This document shows positions 1 through 12,390 of a stretch of 64,000 nt of DNA, piece by piece (position 1 is the first letter of the stretch; every line of letters begins with the position of its first letter). The position numbers and the translations under genes were made by a program. The notes under the pieces were generated by a model. The model saw only the letters and a list, made by a program, of their open reading frames with translations. It had not been told where the DNA came from and did not search any database. The stretch is from contig NC_043001.1 in assembly GCF_006345805.1 (NCBI RefSeq), forward strand, positions 116,560,001 to 116,624,000, given 5' to 3'. The stretch is from Octopus sinensis (lineage: Eukaryota).

Positions 1-150
1 GTTGACATTAGGAAGGTCATTTAGCCATAGGAACTATGCCAAAGCAGACATTGGAGTTTGGTGCAACCTCTGGCAAGTCAGCTCCTGCCAAATTGTCCAA
101 CCTATTCCAGCATGGAAAGCAGATGCGAAATGGTGGTGATGATGATGGTA
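1..150 (+). mobile_element. Degenerate 3' tail of RTE-type retroelement
   Basis: Similar to 14400-14549 (ggaagggcatccagc...ccatgctagcatgga...(gat)n tail). Confidence 0.6.
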
Positions 151-452
151 CATAGCTTGAGTCCATCTAAAACATACAGACTTAGTCTGGAGTTTGTTTC
201 TAGTTTTCATGGAGTTTAAGCATCCGAAATTATAAAAAACTATCCCCCTGGATGTGCCACTGGTATTCTCAGTTAAGTGGACTAGGGAAACATGAAGAGC
301 AAAGATAACATGGTACCCATCTGAGAATCAAACCCCTGACCTAATGATCTTGAGCCAAATGCTAACCACTAGGATACATGCCTTCTCAGTCACACACACA
401 TACACACACACACTTCTCTCTCTCAAAATATACGTTATATATATAAACACAT

Positions 453-484
<32 letters not shown>

Positions 485-1572
485 CATATACTATGCACCA
501 GTATCTTTCAATCCAGCTGTACAAAGCCCATAGTGTTATAAAAATATGCCATTGTGTTGCAGTAAATATGTGTGCAGAAAGTAGAACTCTTCAGAATTTT
601 AAGACAAATTGCTTTACAACAATGCACAGGAAGTTATCTCACAAGAACAGAGAAGAACCAGTGAGCTGAGAAAATAATTGGGTAATGAAGGCAATGAAGC
701 ATGCACAGAGATGAGACAACGCATTATAGTGATGATAGAAAATAACCATAGATGAAAGAGGAATCAAGTGAACATGATTTTATCTGTTATGAGAACAATA
801 ATACAGGATTGAGTGAGATGAAAAGATGGTATATTACAAACCTATACAGCTCTATGCCAACACTGAAATAAGTTTTATAGATAAATATACTCCATGGCAA
901 CATGGAAATATAATATATTACAGGCCAATGCAATTCCATGCCAACATGGAAATATGGTATCTTACAAAAGAATTATACTCCATACTGACGAGGCACATTA
1001 CAGACCAATATTTTTTTCATGGATTTTCATGACTTTGTTGCCATCCAATTCCATCATTATGAATTTGAATTGGGAGCTTGAATCATAGTGAATTTTTATA
1101 CAACCATGGATGCCACCCCTATGGCTGTGTTGCAGTTACTCTCTTCATAAAGCTTGGTGATCCTGGTCATTGGTCTTCACGAATTCTTCAGCTCAGCATC
1201 AATGTAAGAAGCACTGTTGGCTCAGCTGAGCTCTTCCACTACCTCTTCACAATCCACCATGCTGCAGTCCCATGATTTCACCATATCCCTGGCAGAGTGG
1301 CTGAATAGGTGCTATGCCTTGCCAAAGGGGCAGCCCCTAACTATGCAGGGTATGGTCATCACTCCAGGAGGTATTTTCAAAATACCCACATATCCAAACA
1401 GACCAATATAACTTCGTATTAATATGGAAAGAGATACTGGGAAAGCTCACTTAATCTTGGAAGTCATCATCTTTACTGATATATCAAACTTTACACTAAG
1501 TGGCATCCCGTATAACAAGAAATATCAAGTTCCTTAGATTCCAGATATCACACTATTTTCTTTCATATTATA

Positions 1573-1844
1573 CTAGCAGTATCGCCCGGCGTTGCTCGGG
1601 TTGTAAGGGAAATAACTATATAAGCATTTTTAGAGATGTAAAGTATAATAGCCATCTCAATATGGATAACCACAAAAGGGGGGGTTATGTAGCTTTTTAC
1701 GTTCTGAGATTTAATAATACATTTTTAGAGAGGTACTTCCCTTATATAATAGCAAAAAAAATGCATTAAAGAGGGAAAAATGATTGGGAAAATTTTTTTT
1801 AAATCGTAGACTCATCGTAGACGCGCGCTAATACCCAGAAGGGC
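1573..1844 (-). mobile_element. Non-autonomous Helitron 3' portion
   Basis: Minus strand ends with hairpin cccgagcaacgccggg, 8 nt spacer, then CTAG followed by T. Confidence 0.75.
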
Positions 1845-1970
1845 ATCAAACCCCTGACCTAATGATCTTGAGCCAAATGCTAACCACTAGGATACATGCC
1901 TTCTCAGTCACACACACATACACACACACCTTCTCTCTCTCTCAAATATACGTTATATATATAAACACAT

Positions 1971-2006
<36 letters not shown>

Positions 2007-3079
2007 CTATGCACCAGTATCTTTCAATCCAGCTGTACAAAGCCCATAGTGTTTATAAAAATATGCCATTGTGTTGCAGTAAATATGTGTGCAGAAAGTA
2101 GAACTCTTCAAATTTTAAGACAAATTGCTTTACAACAATGCACAGGAAGTTATCTCACAAGAACAGAGAAGAACCAGTGAGCTGAGAAAATAATTGGGTA
2201 ATGAAGGCAATGAAGCATGCACAGAGATGAGACAACGCATTATAGTGATGATAGAAAATAACCATAGATGAAAGAGGAATCAAGTGAACATGATTTTATC
2301 TGTTATGAACAATAATCCAGGATTGAGTGAGATGAAAGATGGTATATTAAAACCTATACAGCTCTATGCAACACTGAAATAAGTTTTATAGATAAATATA
2401 CTCCATGGCAACATGGAAATATAATATATTACAGGCCAATGCAATTCCATGCCAACATGGAAATATGGTATCTTACAAAAGAATTATACTCCATACTGAC
2501 AAGGCACATTACAGACCAATATTTTTTTCATGGATTTTCATGACCTTGTTGCCATCCATTCCATCATTATGAATTTGAATTGGGAGCTTGAATCATAGTG
2601 AATTTTTATACAACCATGGATGCCACCCCTATGGCTGTGTTGCAGTTACTCTCTTCATAAGCTTGGTGATCCTGGTCATTTGGTCTTCACGAATTCTTCA
2701 GCTCAGCATCAATGTAAGAAGCACTGTTGGCTCAGCTGAGCTCTTCACTACCTCTTCACAATCCACCATGCTGCAGTCCCATGATTTCACCATATCCCTG
2801 GCAGAGTGGCTGAATAGGTGCTATGCCTTGCCCAAGGGGCAGCCCCTAACTATGCAGGGTATGGTCATCACTCCAGAGGTATTTTCAAAATACCCACATA
2901 TCCAAACAGACCAATATAACTTCGTATTAATATGGAAAGAGATACTGGGAAAGCTCACTTAATCTTGGAAGTCATCATCTTTACTGATATATCAAACTTT
3001 ACACAAGTGGCATCCCGTATAACAAGAAATATCAAGTTCCTTAGATTCCAGATATCACACTATTTTCTTTCATATTATA

Positions 3080-3141
3080 CTAGCAGTATCGCCCGGCGTT
3101 GCTCGGGTTTGTAAGGGAAATAACTATATAAGCATTTTTAG
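3080..3141 (-). mobile_element. Second truncated Helitron 3' end (part of the duplication)
   Basis: Same hairpin and CTAG|T as at 1573-1600. Confidence 0.7.
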
Positions 3142-3299
3142 TGCTCTCACTTTTAGTGCTCTCAGTGGCCCAGGTCTGCCTATCTTGTATCAGTCTTGTC
3201 GGCCACATTCACACTAATGAGAACCTTTCGGAGGCAAGAGGAATGACTGAGCCTTGGATTGGTTTTAACCGTCACCGTCTGGATGGCAGTACCCAGAAA

Positions 3300-3452
3300 A
3301 GTGTTTCAGTCTCCATCTGCCAAATCAACTCACTAGACTATGGTCAGCCTGGGGCTATAAAAGAAGATGCCTTACCAAGGAGCCACAATGGTGGGATTGA
3401 ACTTGGAACCATGTGGTTGGAAAGCAAACTTCTTATCACACAGTCAAACCTG
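3300..3452 (-). mobile_element. tRNA-derived SINE family A, 5' part
   Basis: Matches the head of full copies at 62815-63249 and 63608-63976. Confidence 0.75.
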
Positions 3453-3470
3453 TGTACATATGCATGCATG

Positions 3471-3505
<35 letters not shown>

Positions 3506-3742
3506 ACATGCATGCATTTGCAGGCACCTCAATATTAGAGGGAGACACTCTTCATTATAGCATTTGATCTGTGTGGATATTCCCTGATGTTTCAAAATTG
3601 TCAATGTGTAATGCACAAAGCATGTCTGTCAAATTCTAGATTAAGTATTTAGATGCATCAAATGATATTTTGCTTCCAGAAATAAATCTTTCAAAGTTGA
3701 TGGTGTCTATTTTTAAGATGTGTGTACATGTTTGTGTGCATA

Positions 3743-4167
3743 TCATCATCATCATCATCATCATCGTTTAACGTCCATTCTCCATGCTAGCATGGGTTGG
3801 ACGGTTCGACCGGGGATCTGGGAAGCCAGAAGGCTGCACCAGGCTCCAGTCTAATCTGGCAATGTTTCTACAGCTGGATGCCCTTCCTAACGCCAACCAC
3901 TCCGTGAGTGTAGTGGGTGCTTTTACGTGCCACCTGCACAGGTGCCAGGCGAGGCTGGCAACGGGCCATGGTCGGATTGGTGTATTTTATGTGCCACCGG
4001 CACGGAAGCCAGTCGAGGCGGTGCTGGCATCGGCCACGAGTCGGATAGTGCTTTTTCGTACCACACCAGAAAGGATCCTGGGTGGTTCAATTCGATTTCG
4101 ATTTCGCTTGACCCAACATGTCTTCGCAAGCAAAGGGGGTTGGCATGGGTGCCTGTCGTACGGTCGG
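3743..4167 (-). mobile_element. RTE-type 3' UTR/tail copy with internal ~55 bp repeats
   Basis: (cat)n tail, ccatgctagcatgg hairpin, repeated gtggcacgtaaaaagcacc units; homologous to the 3' UTR of the RTE at 19276-20320. Confidence 0.8.
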
Positions 4168-4168
4168 A

Positions 4169-4206
<38 letters not shown>

Positions 4207-4745
4207 ATGTATGTACGTATGTACGTATGTACGTATGTAGGTACGTACATATGTATGTATGTTTTGGGCTACATTTGTGGTTGTATGTGTGTGTGTGTAG
4301 AAATATCTGTGTATGCATGTATATGCACTTTTTGTACTCTATTTTATCTCCTTTCAAATTTTATCTGTTTAATAGAAAAACTATTTGAAAAAATATGCAA
4401 TATGGTTAATCGAGTCACTACAAACATCAGTACAATTTTCTTGAAATATTGCGCACCTTCCCTCTTAAATAAGGGAAGATATCAAAATAAGGTAATCCAG
4501 AATACTTCTAAAAAGGACAGTACAATCACAACTTCTCAATCAAGGACAACCTGCGGCTAAATAACAACAGCAACAATTTTCTCTGTTATCAATGAAATTC
4601 TTTCCTATAATCACCGATTCGTTTTCCACAGAGCTGGTCTCCAGACATATAATCTATGCTCACATATGTACATAAATAGCTATATCAGTGCAAATACACA
4701 TGCACACAGATATCATACACATGTTCTTATAACCAGTGCAAATCC

Positions 4746-4870
4746 ACACATACATACATTCATACATTCATACATACATACATACATACATACATACATA
4801 CATTCATACACACATACATACATACATACATACATTCATACATACGTGCACACGTATACACATACAGGCA
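4746..4870. repeat. (TACA)n microsatellite
   Basis: Direct reading. Confidence 0.9.
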
Positions 4871-4936
4871 TATATACACTCATGTATCAGATATAATACG
4901 GTTATGTCATTATTTGTACAAAAGAGAGAAAAAAAA

Positions 4937-5090
4937 TAGACAAGATTATCTCAAAGCTCATGAACACACACACACACACACACACCACACACACAAATAT
5001 ATAAATAAATTAAATCTTTCAAGGCAGAATCTTTTAGGGATTGGAGAAATCCTTTGCAAAAGATTAGACAAGATTATCTCAAAGCTCATG

Positions 5091-5124
<34 letters not shown>

Positions 5125-5190
5125 TATATAAATAAATTAAATCTTTCAAGGCAGAATCTTTAGGGATTTGAGAAATCCTTTGCAAAAGAT
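4937..5190. repeat. Two-copy tandem repeat, ~128 bp unit containing (CA)n
   Basis: tagacaagattatctcaaagctcatgaac starts at 4937 and 5065; both copies end tttgcaaaagat. Confidence 0.9.
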
Positions 5191-5228
5191 TTACAAGTAA
5201 ACGAAACATACAAAACTAATGATGATGA

Positions 5229-5263
<35 letters not shown>

Positions 5264-5654
5264 ATGATGATTTCTTTCATGTATTTATAATAAGAATATT
5301 AATAAGATTATGCTGAACTGTTGTGAAACCAATTTTGCTTCCGTACGATAAAAAAGAAAGCGGAAGGATAAGTTATCAAAACTTGGTTCCTCCCAAATTA
5401 AATCTTGTTAGGGAAACCTTACAAGTAATAACGAATGATTTTTGTTTACTTCATTTTTTTTTAATTGTATTTCAGTTATTGCAGTGATTAAAAGTGTTGC
5501 TGCTGTTTTTGTTGTTCTTCTTCTTCTTCTTGCTGTTGTTCTGTATTTTGTTTCGGGTTATTTTGGTTTCAGGAATATTTCTGTGAAGGTTCAAAACTCT
5601 AATCCATGCAAATAGGAAGTAACAGATACGAGATGAAATGAGGAAATCAATAAA

Positions 5655-5673
5655 AGCAGCAGCAGCAGCAGTG

Positions 5674-5705
<32 letters not shown>

Positions 5706-5706
5706 G

Positions 5707-5738
<32 letters not shown>

Positions 5739-5773
5739 GGCGGTGGCGGTGGTGGTGGTGGTGGTGGTGGTGT
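5655..5773. repeat. Compound trinucleotide repeat (AGC)n-(GGC)n-(GGT)n
   Basis: Direct reading. Confidence 0.9.
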
Positions 5774-6000
5774 GCAGCTCAAAATCAGCCCCAAATTAGC
5801 AAACTTATAATAAAAGATATTCCAGCGATGAACTGGATTGTAGTGAGATTTCATTGCTATTTCTAGCAACTCAAACACCTTCAAAGTGGTTATAATGGTC
5901 GGTATTGGAGAGGGTGGTGGTAGACATGGTTGAAGCACTTGTTTTTGTTGTTCAGCCTTGGATCTGTGTATCCAACTTAATTTAACACACACACACAGAG

Positions 6001-6245
6001 ATCAGGCTGTTTTTTTCTCAACCAAGACACTTTATTTCATGTTGCTCCAGTTCACTCAGCTGTAGAAATGAGATGCGATGTCATTGGCGCCAAACTATAT
6101 TGACCTTTACCTTTCTCTTGGTCAACATTGGTGGTATGGTGATGGGAGACTGGTATGCATGGATGACTGCTGGTCTTCCACAAACAACCTTTCCCGGACT
6201 TGTGCATTAGAGGAGAACTTTTTTTGTGCAATCCCATGGTCATTC
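6001..6245 (+). mobile_element. SINE family E, 5'-truncated
   Basis: cactttatttcatgttgctccagttcactcag and ctggtatgcatgg...gcaatcccatggtcattc match the reverse complement of 48924-49224. Confidence 0.7.
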
Positions 6246-6246
6246 C

Positions 6247-6470
6247 ATTTCGTTTACTACCCACAAGGGGCTAAACACAGAGAGGACAAACAAGGTCAGA
6301 AAAATGGATTAACTTGATTACATCGACCCCAGTGCATAACTGGTACTTATTTAATCGACCCTGAAAGGATGAAAGGCAAAGTTGACCTCTGCAGAATTTG
6401 AACTCAGAATTTAATGGCAGACGAAATACTGCTAAACATTTTGCCCAACATGCTAACATTTCTGCTAACG
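6247..6470 (-). mobile_element. tRNA-derived SINE family B
   Basis: Reverse complement of 45847-46078 with CpG decay. Confidence 0.8.
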
Positions 6471-7255
6471 TTGATCCCATGGTCATTCTTGACCAAAGGA
6501 GATCTTTGCCATACACACACACACACACACACACATACATACATATATATAGTTTTATCAACTTTTTTCAGTTGATATCCATATGCTGGCAAGGCTTGGA
6601 TAGTTTAACAAAAGCCAATGGGTCTGAGGACTACATCGTGATCCAGTGTCTGCTATAGCATGGTTTCTATGGCTGGATGCCTTTCTTAATGCTAACCACT
6701 TTACAGAATGTACTGGGTGTGTTTTTCACAGTAGCCCCACTAGCAAGGTCGCCATGTAGCTTACAAGACTAAGATCACCTTCAGCTAAGTGAGGCTACAG
6801 TAGGTGACTTTAAGCTCAGTAATGAGTGGTTAGAGAATGAAAGAAGCACCCACCACCACCTCCCCTGGAACAAGTCTCTTACTACAGAGAAGTTACATGC
6901 ATGGTTATTCGCATAATCAAAAAGCAGGCAGAAGTAACTGGAAGTAGAGCTAGAAAGAGAGATAAAATAGAAGTGACGAGGTGTCAATGTGAGCTTTCAA
7001 GGTACAAGATGGTGAATAGAAGTAGACTGGTACAGAAGAAGAGGAAGTATGGAAGGGTAGAGGTTGCAAGAGTGTGACATGAAAGAGGTGGTTACAGATG
7101 TGGCAGGGGTGGAGGGCAGATATAAAGAATGAAAAACAAGGGCTTAGGAGTAATTGATTTTTAAATATGCATTGGAGGGAAGATAAGAAGAGCAGATGAT
7201 GACTACAGTGATTGGGTAGGGTTGAGGAGCAAATACAGTTAATAGTGGATATATT

Positions 7256-7287
<32 letters not shown>

Positions 7288-8720
7288 TTGCTCTTTATCA
7301 CGGTGAAGGAGCTTGCATGGACCAATGGCTGAGAGTGATGCCACTGGGAGTTCTAAATTCCTGCTAGGGCCACTTTTGGCAGTGTAGCAATATCGTTCTC
7401 TCATGGCTATCTTCACTGTTTGAGAAGAGTATTAAGAATAACCTCGGTCGAGATTACAAACATCTTCGGCTAGTTCAACATTGTGTAAACACTAATTCAA
7501 TTGGCTGACACGTTGGTCTCTACTACGTTCGCACCGCTGGTTATCACGTGACGCGATTTGCCTCCGCTTATTTTCGCGCCATAGTTCCAAGCAGCCAATC
7601 ACAGCTTTCCATTTCTGAAGTTCATTTTGAGCCCAATAAACTGTATAAAACAAGGGTTTTTCAGACAAATATTCGTCTTAGGCTTTTAGTTCTTTTCAGA
7701 GCTAAGTCTCTGACCACAGAGCTGGTCTGTCGGCTTAAGACCTTCTAAGGTCTTGGTCGGAGACCATATAACCAGACATAACGGCATCACCAACTCCGTC
7801 GCTACCTACGAAGTTTTAGCTCGTACATAAGATGGCTACAAAACCAACTCATACTGTTTGTGTGAAAACCACACCACGGAAAAACAGTTGCAGGAATCTA
7901 TATCAAGAGGAACAAAAACCAAGCAAACATCGTCCCTAGCTACGAAGTTTCAAATAGTACACAAGATTATCACAGATTCAACTATAGCGGTTAGGTGAAA
8001 TCTCACCACGGAAAAAACGGCTACAGTGAATATATCTGAAAGGAATTCATATCAGGAAGATAAACGCAACAAGCGATTCAACAGATGTCAGCTCCGAGAC
8101 ACAACATCTTGATATTGAACTCTTACACTTCGTGTACCTCATAAACAGTAAATCAATTACCTGTCTTTAGTTCTTGTAAGAACTAGCTTCAGAGACAGCG
8201 CTAAACAACAAAATGATACAATGGTTCCTTAACCACTATGCCGATGTACGCTCAACAACCAAAGACTGCTATCTTCCACCATCAGGTACTTTTCTATGCC
8301 AACCACATTCATTGTTCTGTCACGCCCTAACACACAGACACAAACACGTGTTGCATGCTCCCATACACTTCCAACCTTAACTTCATTGTAAATAAAATCT
8401 TATCTTGCCTCTCAAACAGTGACTTGTTCTCAATCCCTTATGCTCTATTGTTCTGCATGTATAAATGGTTTGTCTAAAACATTAAGAATGGGATCGCGTG
8501 CGATTATATTATCTATATGATGCGACCACATGTGATCCCGTTACAGCAGCAAGGTTGAAGATAAGGACCCAGACCCAGACTGAGTGTAACCGGTGGATAA
8601 AGAGGGCTATGCCACTTGAAACTATAACTGGGTCAGCAGCAGTCCGTTGCAGTTTCCTAACTGGATCCTGCATGTTTCATTTCATATGTACCGCAGAGGA
8701 CAGTCATGAAATCAAGTGTG
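7288..8720 (+). mobile_element. Probable RTE-clade 5' UTR fragment split by the solo LTR (7288-7382 and 8546-~8720)
   Basis: tcacggtgaaggagcttgcatggaccaatg...tagggccac...aaggtt...ggacccagac resembles the 5' ends of BovB/Expander-type RTEs (from memory). Confidence 0.45.
7383..8545 (+). mobile_element. Solo LTR (Gypsy-like), 1163 bp
   Basis: Termini TGTAGC...GTTACA; 4-bp TSD GCAG at 7379-7382 and 8546-8549; CCAAT (7595), TATAAAA (~7644) and AATAAA (~8390) in LTR order; CpGs retained. Confidence 0.85.
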
Positions 8721-8814
8721 GGGGTCACCTCCTGGAAAGTTGAGTTTCACTTTAAACAAATTCACACCATCAGTACTTTCTGCTACTCTGACTTTCATCT
8801 CTAACCATATATAT

Positions 8815-9108
8815 CACGTGACCACGTGACCGACCAGACCATCAGATGTTGTTACACATCGCTGGTCACAATGCGTTCGCATTGTTTTTAGCCTTCGAAT
8901 GACGCCATCCCGCTGGCTAAGCGAGCAGGCCAACAGAAGAAAGAGTGGTGAAAGAGTACAGCAGGGATCACCACCCCCTGCCGGAGCCTCGTGGAGCTTT
9001 TAGGTGTTTTCGCTCAATAAACACTCACAACGCCCGGTCTGGGAATCGAAACTGCGATCCTGCGACCGCGAGTCCGCTGCCCTAACCACTAGGCCATTGC
9101 GCCTCCAC
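8815..9108 (-). mobile_element. tRNA-derived SINE family C, tail type 1
   Basis: A box tggcctagtgg, B box gtttcgattcc; flanking TSD aacca(t/c)atatat. Confidence 0.85.
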
Positions 9109-9982
9109 AACCACATATATATTATGATATACATCGTTTTTGAAATTCACAACCAAGTGAGATAACTACTGCACTTTGTTCATAAGGGATGTGGGTTCAA
9201 TCCTAGCCATTTCCACTTTTCTTTGATATCAAAAAATAAGGATGGACTTCAGCACATTAAGATTTATTAAAGATATTATGGATTATTTATTAGATTTCAT
9301 TCCATAGTTAAGAAGGTTTAAAGCTTTCACTATGCACATTATTCTTTCAATAGATTATCAATGATTCTAATAACATAATCACAAAGGAAAGCAAAGAAAA
9401 GTGAGCCAATATTATTTTATAAATAACCGTACACAGCTTTTTCTAGAACACATTCACTTCTTGATGTAACAATAAAACTAACAGATAGCTCTCAAGACAG
9501 AAGAGATTATAAGTGTTTAACAAAGAATACAGCTTTCAAAGATGTTCTCATTAAGACTGCATCTTCAGTACCACTTATGTGGACTTTATACTATCTCAAG
9601 AATTAAATGCTTCTTAAAAAAAAATTTTTTCAAAAAGAAAATTCTTTTCAGGATTTTCTATAAACTTCTAACTTTCACATAGTTTTCAAAATAGCAGTCA
9701 AGTTTCCACAGGCACTCTTAGTACAAAATTATGCATATTATTATATATCTGCTGAGAGAGAGAGAGTGGGGGGGCAGAGACAGACAGACAGAATTGGCTA
9801 CAGCAGCTATCGAAATATAGTCAGTCATAACCTTATGCAGCAATATTATACAGCCAACTAGAGGTGTTCCTATGAAGGAGTTATGGGACTCAAACGGCAG
9901 TCATCACAGAGGAAAGGGAATAAATGAAGGAAGAATGAATGAAAGAATGAATGGATGAATGAATGAATGAATGGTAAAGATG

Positions 9983-10369
9983 GATGGAAGCACTCCATCG
10001 GTTACGATGACGAGGGTTCCGGTTGATCCGATCAACGGAACAGCCTGCTCGTGAAATTAACGTGTAAGTGGCTGAGCACTCCACAGACACGTGTACCCTT
10101 AACGTAGTTCTCGGGGATATTCAGCGTGACACAGAGAGTGACAAGGCTGGCCCTTTGAAATACAGGTACAACAGAAACAGGAAGAAAGACTGAGAGAAAG
10201 TTGTGGTGAAAGAGTACAGCAGGGATCACCACCAGCCCCTGCCGGAGCCTCATGGGAGCTTTAGGTGTTTTCGCTCAATAAACACTCACAACGCCCGGTC
10301 TGGGAATTGAAACCGCGATCCTACGACCGCGAGTCTGCTGCCCTAACCACTGGGCCATTGTGCCTCCAC
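9983..10369 (-). mobile_element. tRNA-derived SINE family C, tail type 2
   Basis: Same ~170 nt head as 8815-9108 but a different 3' half; TSD atgg(t/a)aaagatg. Confidence 0.85.
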
Positions 10370-11479
10370 ATGGAAAAGATGAATGAGTGAATGAATGAAT
10401 GAATGAGTGAATGATCAAAGATTATCATGTGGATAGTAGTAATAATTATGCTACAATAATAAATCAATTCTTTAAAAGGAAGCAAAAAAGCAATGACTAA
10501 TTTGGTAAGGTACCAGATTACTTGATTAAGTGTGTCATTGAGTTTGTATTGTCCTCAGTATATGAAGAGTTGGCTAGGTTGGACAAGATACATCACTGTG
10601 CTTACATGGCAAGAAAGTGGAGCCAGGAAGAGAGAGAGACTCTAGTCTGATTAGGAGATAATTTTTTATGGCATTGATATATTGATTTCTATATCATATC
10701 TCCACTGGATATGATAGGAAATAAGGAAATTGTGAGAGATGAAGGAATGAGAGATAACAGTGAAATATTTTTATGGATTTAGTATTTTTAGCTTCAAACT
10801 GAACTAATATTTAATAGGATTTAATTCTTTAGATAGAAGAGTTGGTGAGTAGGAGAGAGGATGGTTGGAGAGAATAGTGAATTAAGAGAGAAAACAAACC
10901 AAAAAAAAAAAAGTAAGATGAAAGGAATATAAGATAAAACTCTAAGGATAGATACGGATGTGGCGGGTGGCGGGGGGGGATGTAGAAAATGAAGACAGTG
11001 TCAAACAGAATGATAATTAGACAAGAAAAAGCAGGAACAACCAGAGACTGACAGTTATTCAGAGAGCAAGAGACAGACACAAAGAAAGAGAGATTGGGAG
11101 ATGAAGACAAAGAAAGATAAATAAATTATGATAATGCTTCTGATTAGAAGACAAAGAATTCCCCAACTTCCTTGTAATCCTTCTTTAAGTGGACGAGAGA
11201 TCATGTTCCTAAGATTAGAAGGTATTTGATATTTACTGAACAGACAGTTTGCTTAATTCATTAATAGAATGAGAAACTTATACAGAAGCAATATCACTGT
11301 TTGTTCAAATCATTTGCTAACATGGAATATAATATAAAGGATCAACAACTTGGAAATCAATCTATATTTACATACCAGGAGATAAGGGATTGGCAGGGAG
11401 GAACTCCTTTTTCATGTTTTTATTGGGTTGTTCTGAGAGAAGGGGCTGCGCTTAAGGCTTTCATAGGGTCTCCAAGAAA

Positions 11480-11680
11480 GGTAATATTATCCTTTAACAG
11501 TTGAAAGTTGTCAGTTACAGGAAAAACATATGCAAGCAGGAATTTCCAGGGAGCAAGGAGGAAGTTCCTCTGAAGAGGAAGGGCAGTGTAATAGTGCAGG
11601 ATTTGATGAGTGGATGTGATAGACACGTGGAAATCAGCAATATCTGAGGAGCAGAGGTCACTGTAATCAGTAATAACTTA
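11480..11680 (-). mobile_element. Decayed LINE C-terminal fragment (CR1/Jockey-like)
   Basis: HYY...PWKFLLAYVFPVTDNFQLLK resembles the SFFPRT-WNxLP-xVFP-xYNLxxFK LINE tail motif. Confidence 0.4.
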
Positions 11681-12006
11681 TCATGATAGTGTTGTACCTG
11701 AGTCTGTTCTTTCTATAGATTTAATCTATTTAAATTTCTAAACATCACTGTAGTTGTTCAGCCCTGGTCATTTCTGACTGAGTAGACCTATGATCAAAGA
11801 CATTCCAGCTAAGGCCATCCTGTCTTTTTCCTATGTACAGAAAACAAAGGCCCACATTATCTAATGTGTCCTTTTCTAAGATGATGGAGCATGGTTTAAG
11901 AGAGACCTGGCAGCTATTCCTAGCAGATGAAGCAACCATTGTAGAAGTTCCCACTTTGGTTTGTATATATGAGTTGTTGGTGTTTGTGTTTCCTCAATAA
12001 ATCTAT

Positions 12007-12187
12007 TTATGTATGGGTTTCTGTTGTGTATGGATTTCTCAATACAATGTTAAGTTTATGAATTTCTGCAGTATAAGGAGCAATTTGTGGTGTTCTGTAT
12101 TCTAAATATTTCTTTACATTTTCATGCAAAGAATGAAGATCTTTTAACAGCGTTACATCGTTGTGGTGTGTTTTAATACTGTTTTCT
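12007..12187 (-). CDS. Candidate terminal exon of an unidentified minus-strand gene
   Basis: Acceptor ctactttcag|; unique sequence with open frame ENSIKTHHNDVTLLKDLHSLHENVKKYLEYRTPQ...THT*; no family recognised. Confidence 0.3.
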
Positions 12188-12338
12188 CTGAAAGTAGGTG
12201 ACCAAACCAATTATAGATGTTTAGATATACTTGATTCTAACAAAATGAAAATCAATTAACAATTGGGAATTTCCATCCATTCTGGAAAAAGAAACAAAAG
12301 ATCTTATTGCAGTTTCAGATCAAAAACTAACAACAAAT

Positions 12339-12390
<52 letters not shown>

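Larger units (their letters stand above)
327..3141. repeat. Near-identical ~1.3 kb direct duplication (327-1633 and 1845-3141)
   Basis: Both copies run from atcaaacccctgacc to taagcatttttag; differences are mostly 1-2 bp indels. Confidence 0.95.

Noticed and set aside
5591-5992. Poly-Pro/poly-Leu ORF
   Set aside because: Frame held open by the trinucleotide repeat; no other coding support
9040-9105. tRNA-like sequence (also 49155-49224 and 40200-40255)
   Set aside because: SINE heads without a complete cloverleaf, continuous with repeat bodies
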